Source: Trypanosoma brucei (taxonomy: Eukaryota). From it: a stretch of DNA of 64,000 nt. Of this stretch, positions 63,481 to 64,000 are shown piece by piece; within the stretch, counting starts at the first letter, position 1, and each line of letters begins with the position of its first letter. The notes beneath the pieces are model-generated. The model searched no databases, was not told the origin of the DNA, and saw only the letters and a list, made by a program, of their open reading frames with translations. Where the stretch lies: assembly GCA_000002445.1 (NCBI GenBank), contig CM000208.1, positions 960,001-1,024,000 of the forward strand, read 5' to 3'. The translations under genes were made by a program, and so were the position numbers.

Positions 63481-64000
63481 CCTCTGTTGACAAATACGGA
63501 TCAATTTTATCTCCCGTAAAAAAGTATACGGTCTTTCTCTTTCCTTCCTTTATTCAGTCTTCAGGGGCGAAACAGTTCGAAGAAAGAATTCCACACTTTC
63601 CCCTTCGTGTTCGTCCCGGTCCACCCAGTCGGAGGTGGGTACAACTGCTTGCTTTAAACAACAACAAGTTTTTTTTTTCAACGACAAGAAACGGAAAGAA
63701 GAAAAATACGGTATAGTCCAGAATAATGACGGAAACTATGGGATTTCATAAGTTGGCCAACCAAACAGATGTCCCAATGGCAAAAATATGTATGAACAAC
63801 AAGGCGGTAATGACGACAACAAAAATGGGGTTAGCCTTCACTTAGAAGTATCTCCAACGGGAAACGATGAAAAACGTGGTTAATAAAAATAGAAGCATAT
63901 ACGGTGCGATAATTTTCTCCGTAACTTGCAAGCAACTATTGTGGAGTAAGATCACGTTTCGGTTGCCAAGTGGCATAAAGTTCCCCTACGCCAAATCATC

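Noticed and set aside
1-64000. Prokaryotic-style systems (CRISPR arrays, defence islands, operons, IS elements) and kinetoplastid retroposons (ingi/RIME, SLACS)
   Set aside because: The sequence is eukaryotic kinetoplastid nuclear DNA. No direct-repeat/spacer arrays, no transposase or reverse-transcriptase ORFs, and no long dispersed repeats seen.

Overview
Eukaryotic (kinetoplastid) nuclear DNA, not prokaryotic. The window is one segment of a unidirectional polycistronic transcription unit: 18 protein-coding genes, all on the minus strand, with no introns and no strand-switch region. Intergenic spacers of 0.3-1.7 kb carry purine-rich runs on the plus strand (polypyrimidine tracts on the coding strand, the trans-splicing/polyadenylation signals) and (TA)n microsatellites. 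One product reads as the 231-aa PA26 proteasome activator recalled from memory, which points to the Trypanosoma brucei group. Products I can recognise are housekeeping: AMPK gamma (CBS), PA26, V-ATPase subunit D, ribosomal protein eL20/L18a, CHMP5/Vps60, a Nup53/35-type nucleoporin, and a KsgA/Dim1-type rRNA dimethyltransferase (partial). There are also FHA, SET, TPR, RING, EEP-phosphoesterase and WD40+EF-hand domain proteins, and several very large orphan proteins of 3901, 2151, 2147 and 1022 aa. The supplied ORF track used bacterial start rules: 9 of 17 complete ORFs begin at GTG/TTG, and I re-anchored those to the first in-frame ATG, checked against the sequence. I find no mobile elements, CRISPR arrays, tRNA or rRNA genes. 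The things most worth a second look are a shared ~45-nt element in the 3' flanks of two unrelated genes, the giant domain-poor proteins, membrane-anchored SET and EEP enzymes, and clustered TnAn/G-run/C-run tracts in unusually long spacers. I see no evidence of a discrete novel multi-gene system; the gene content looks like core chromosome.
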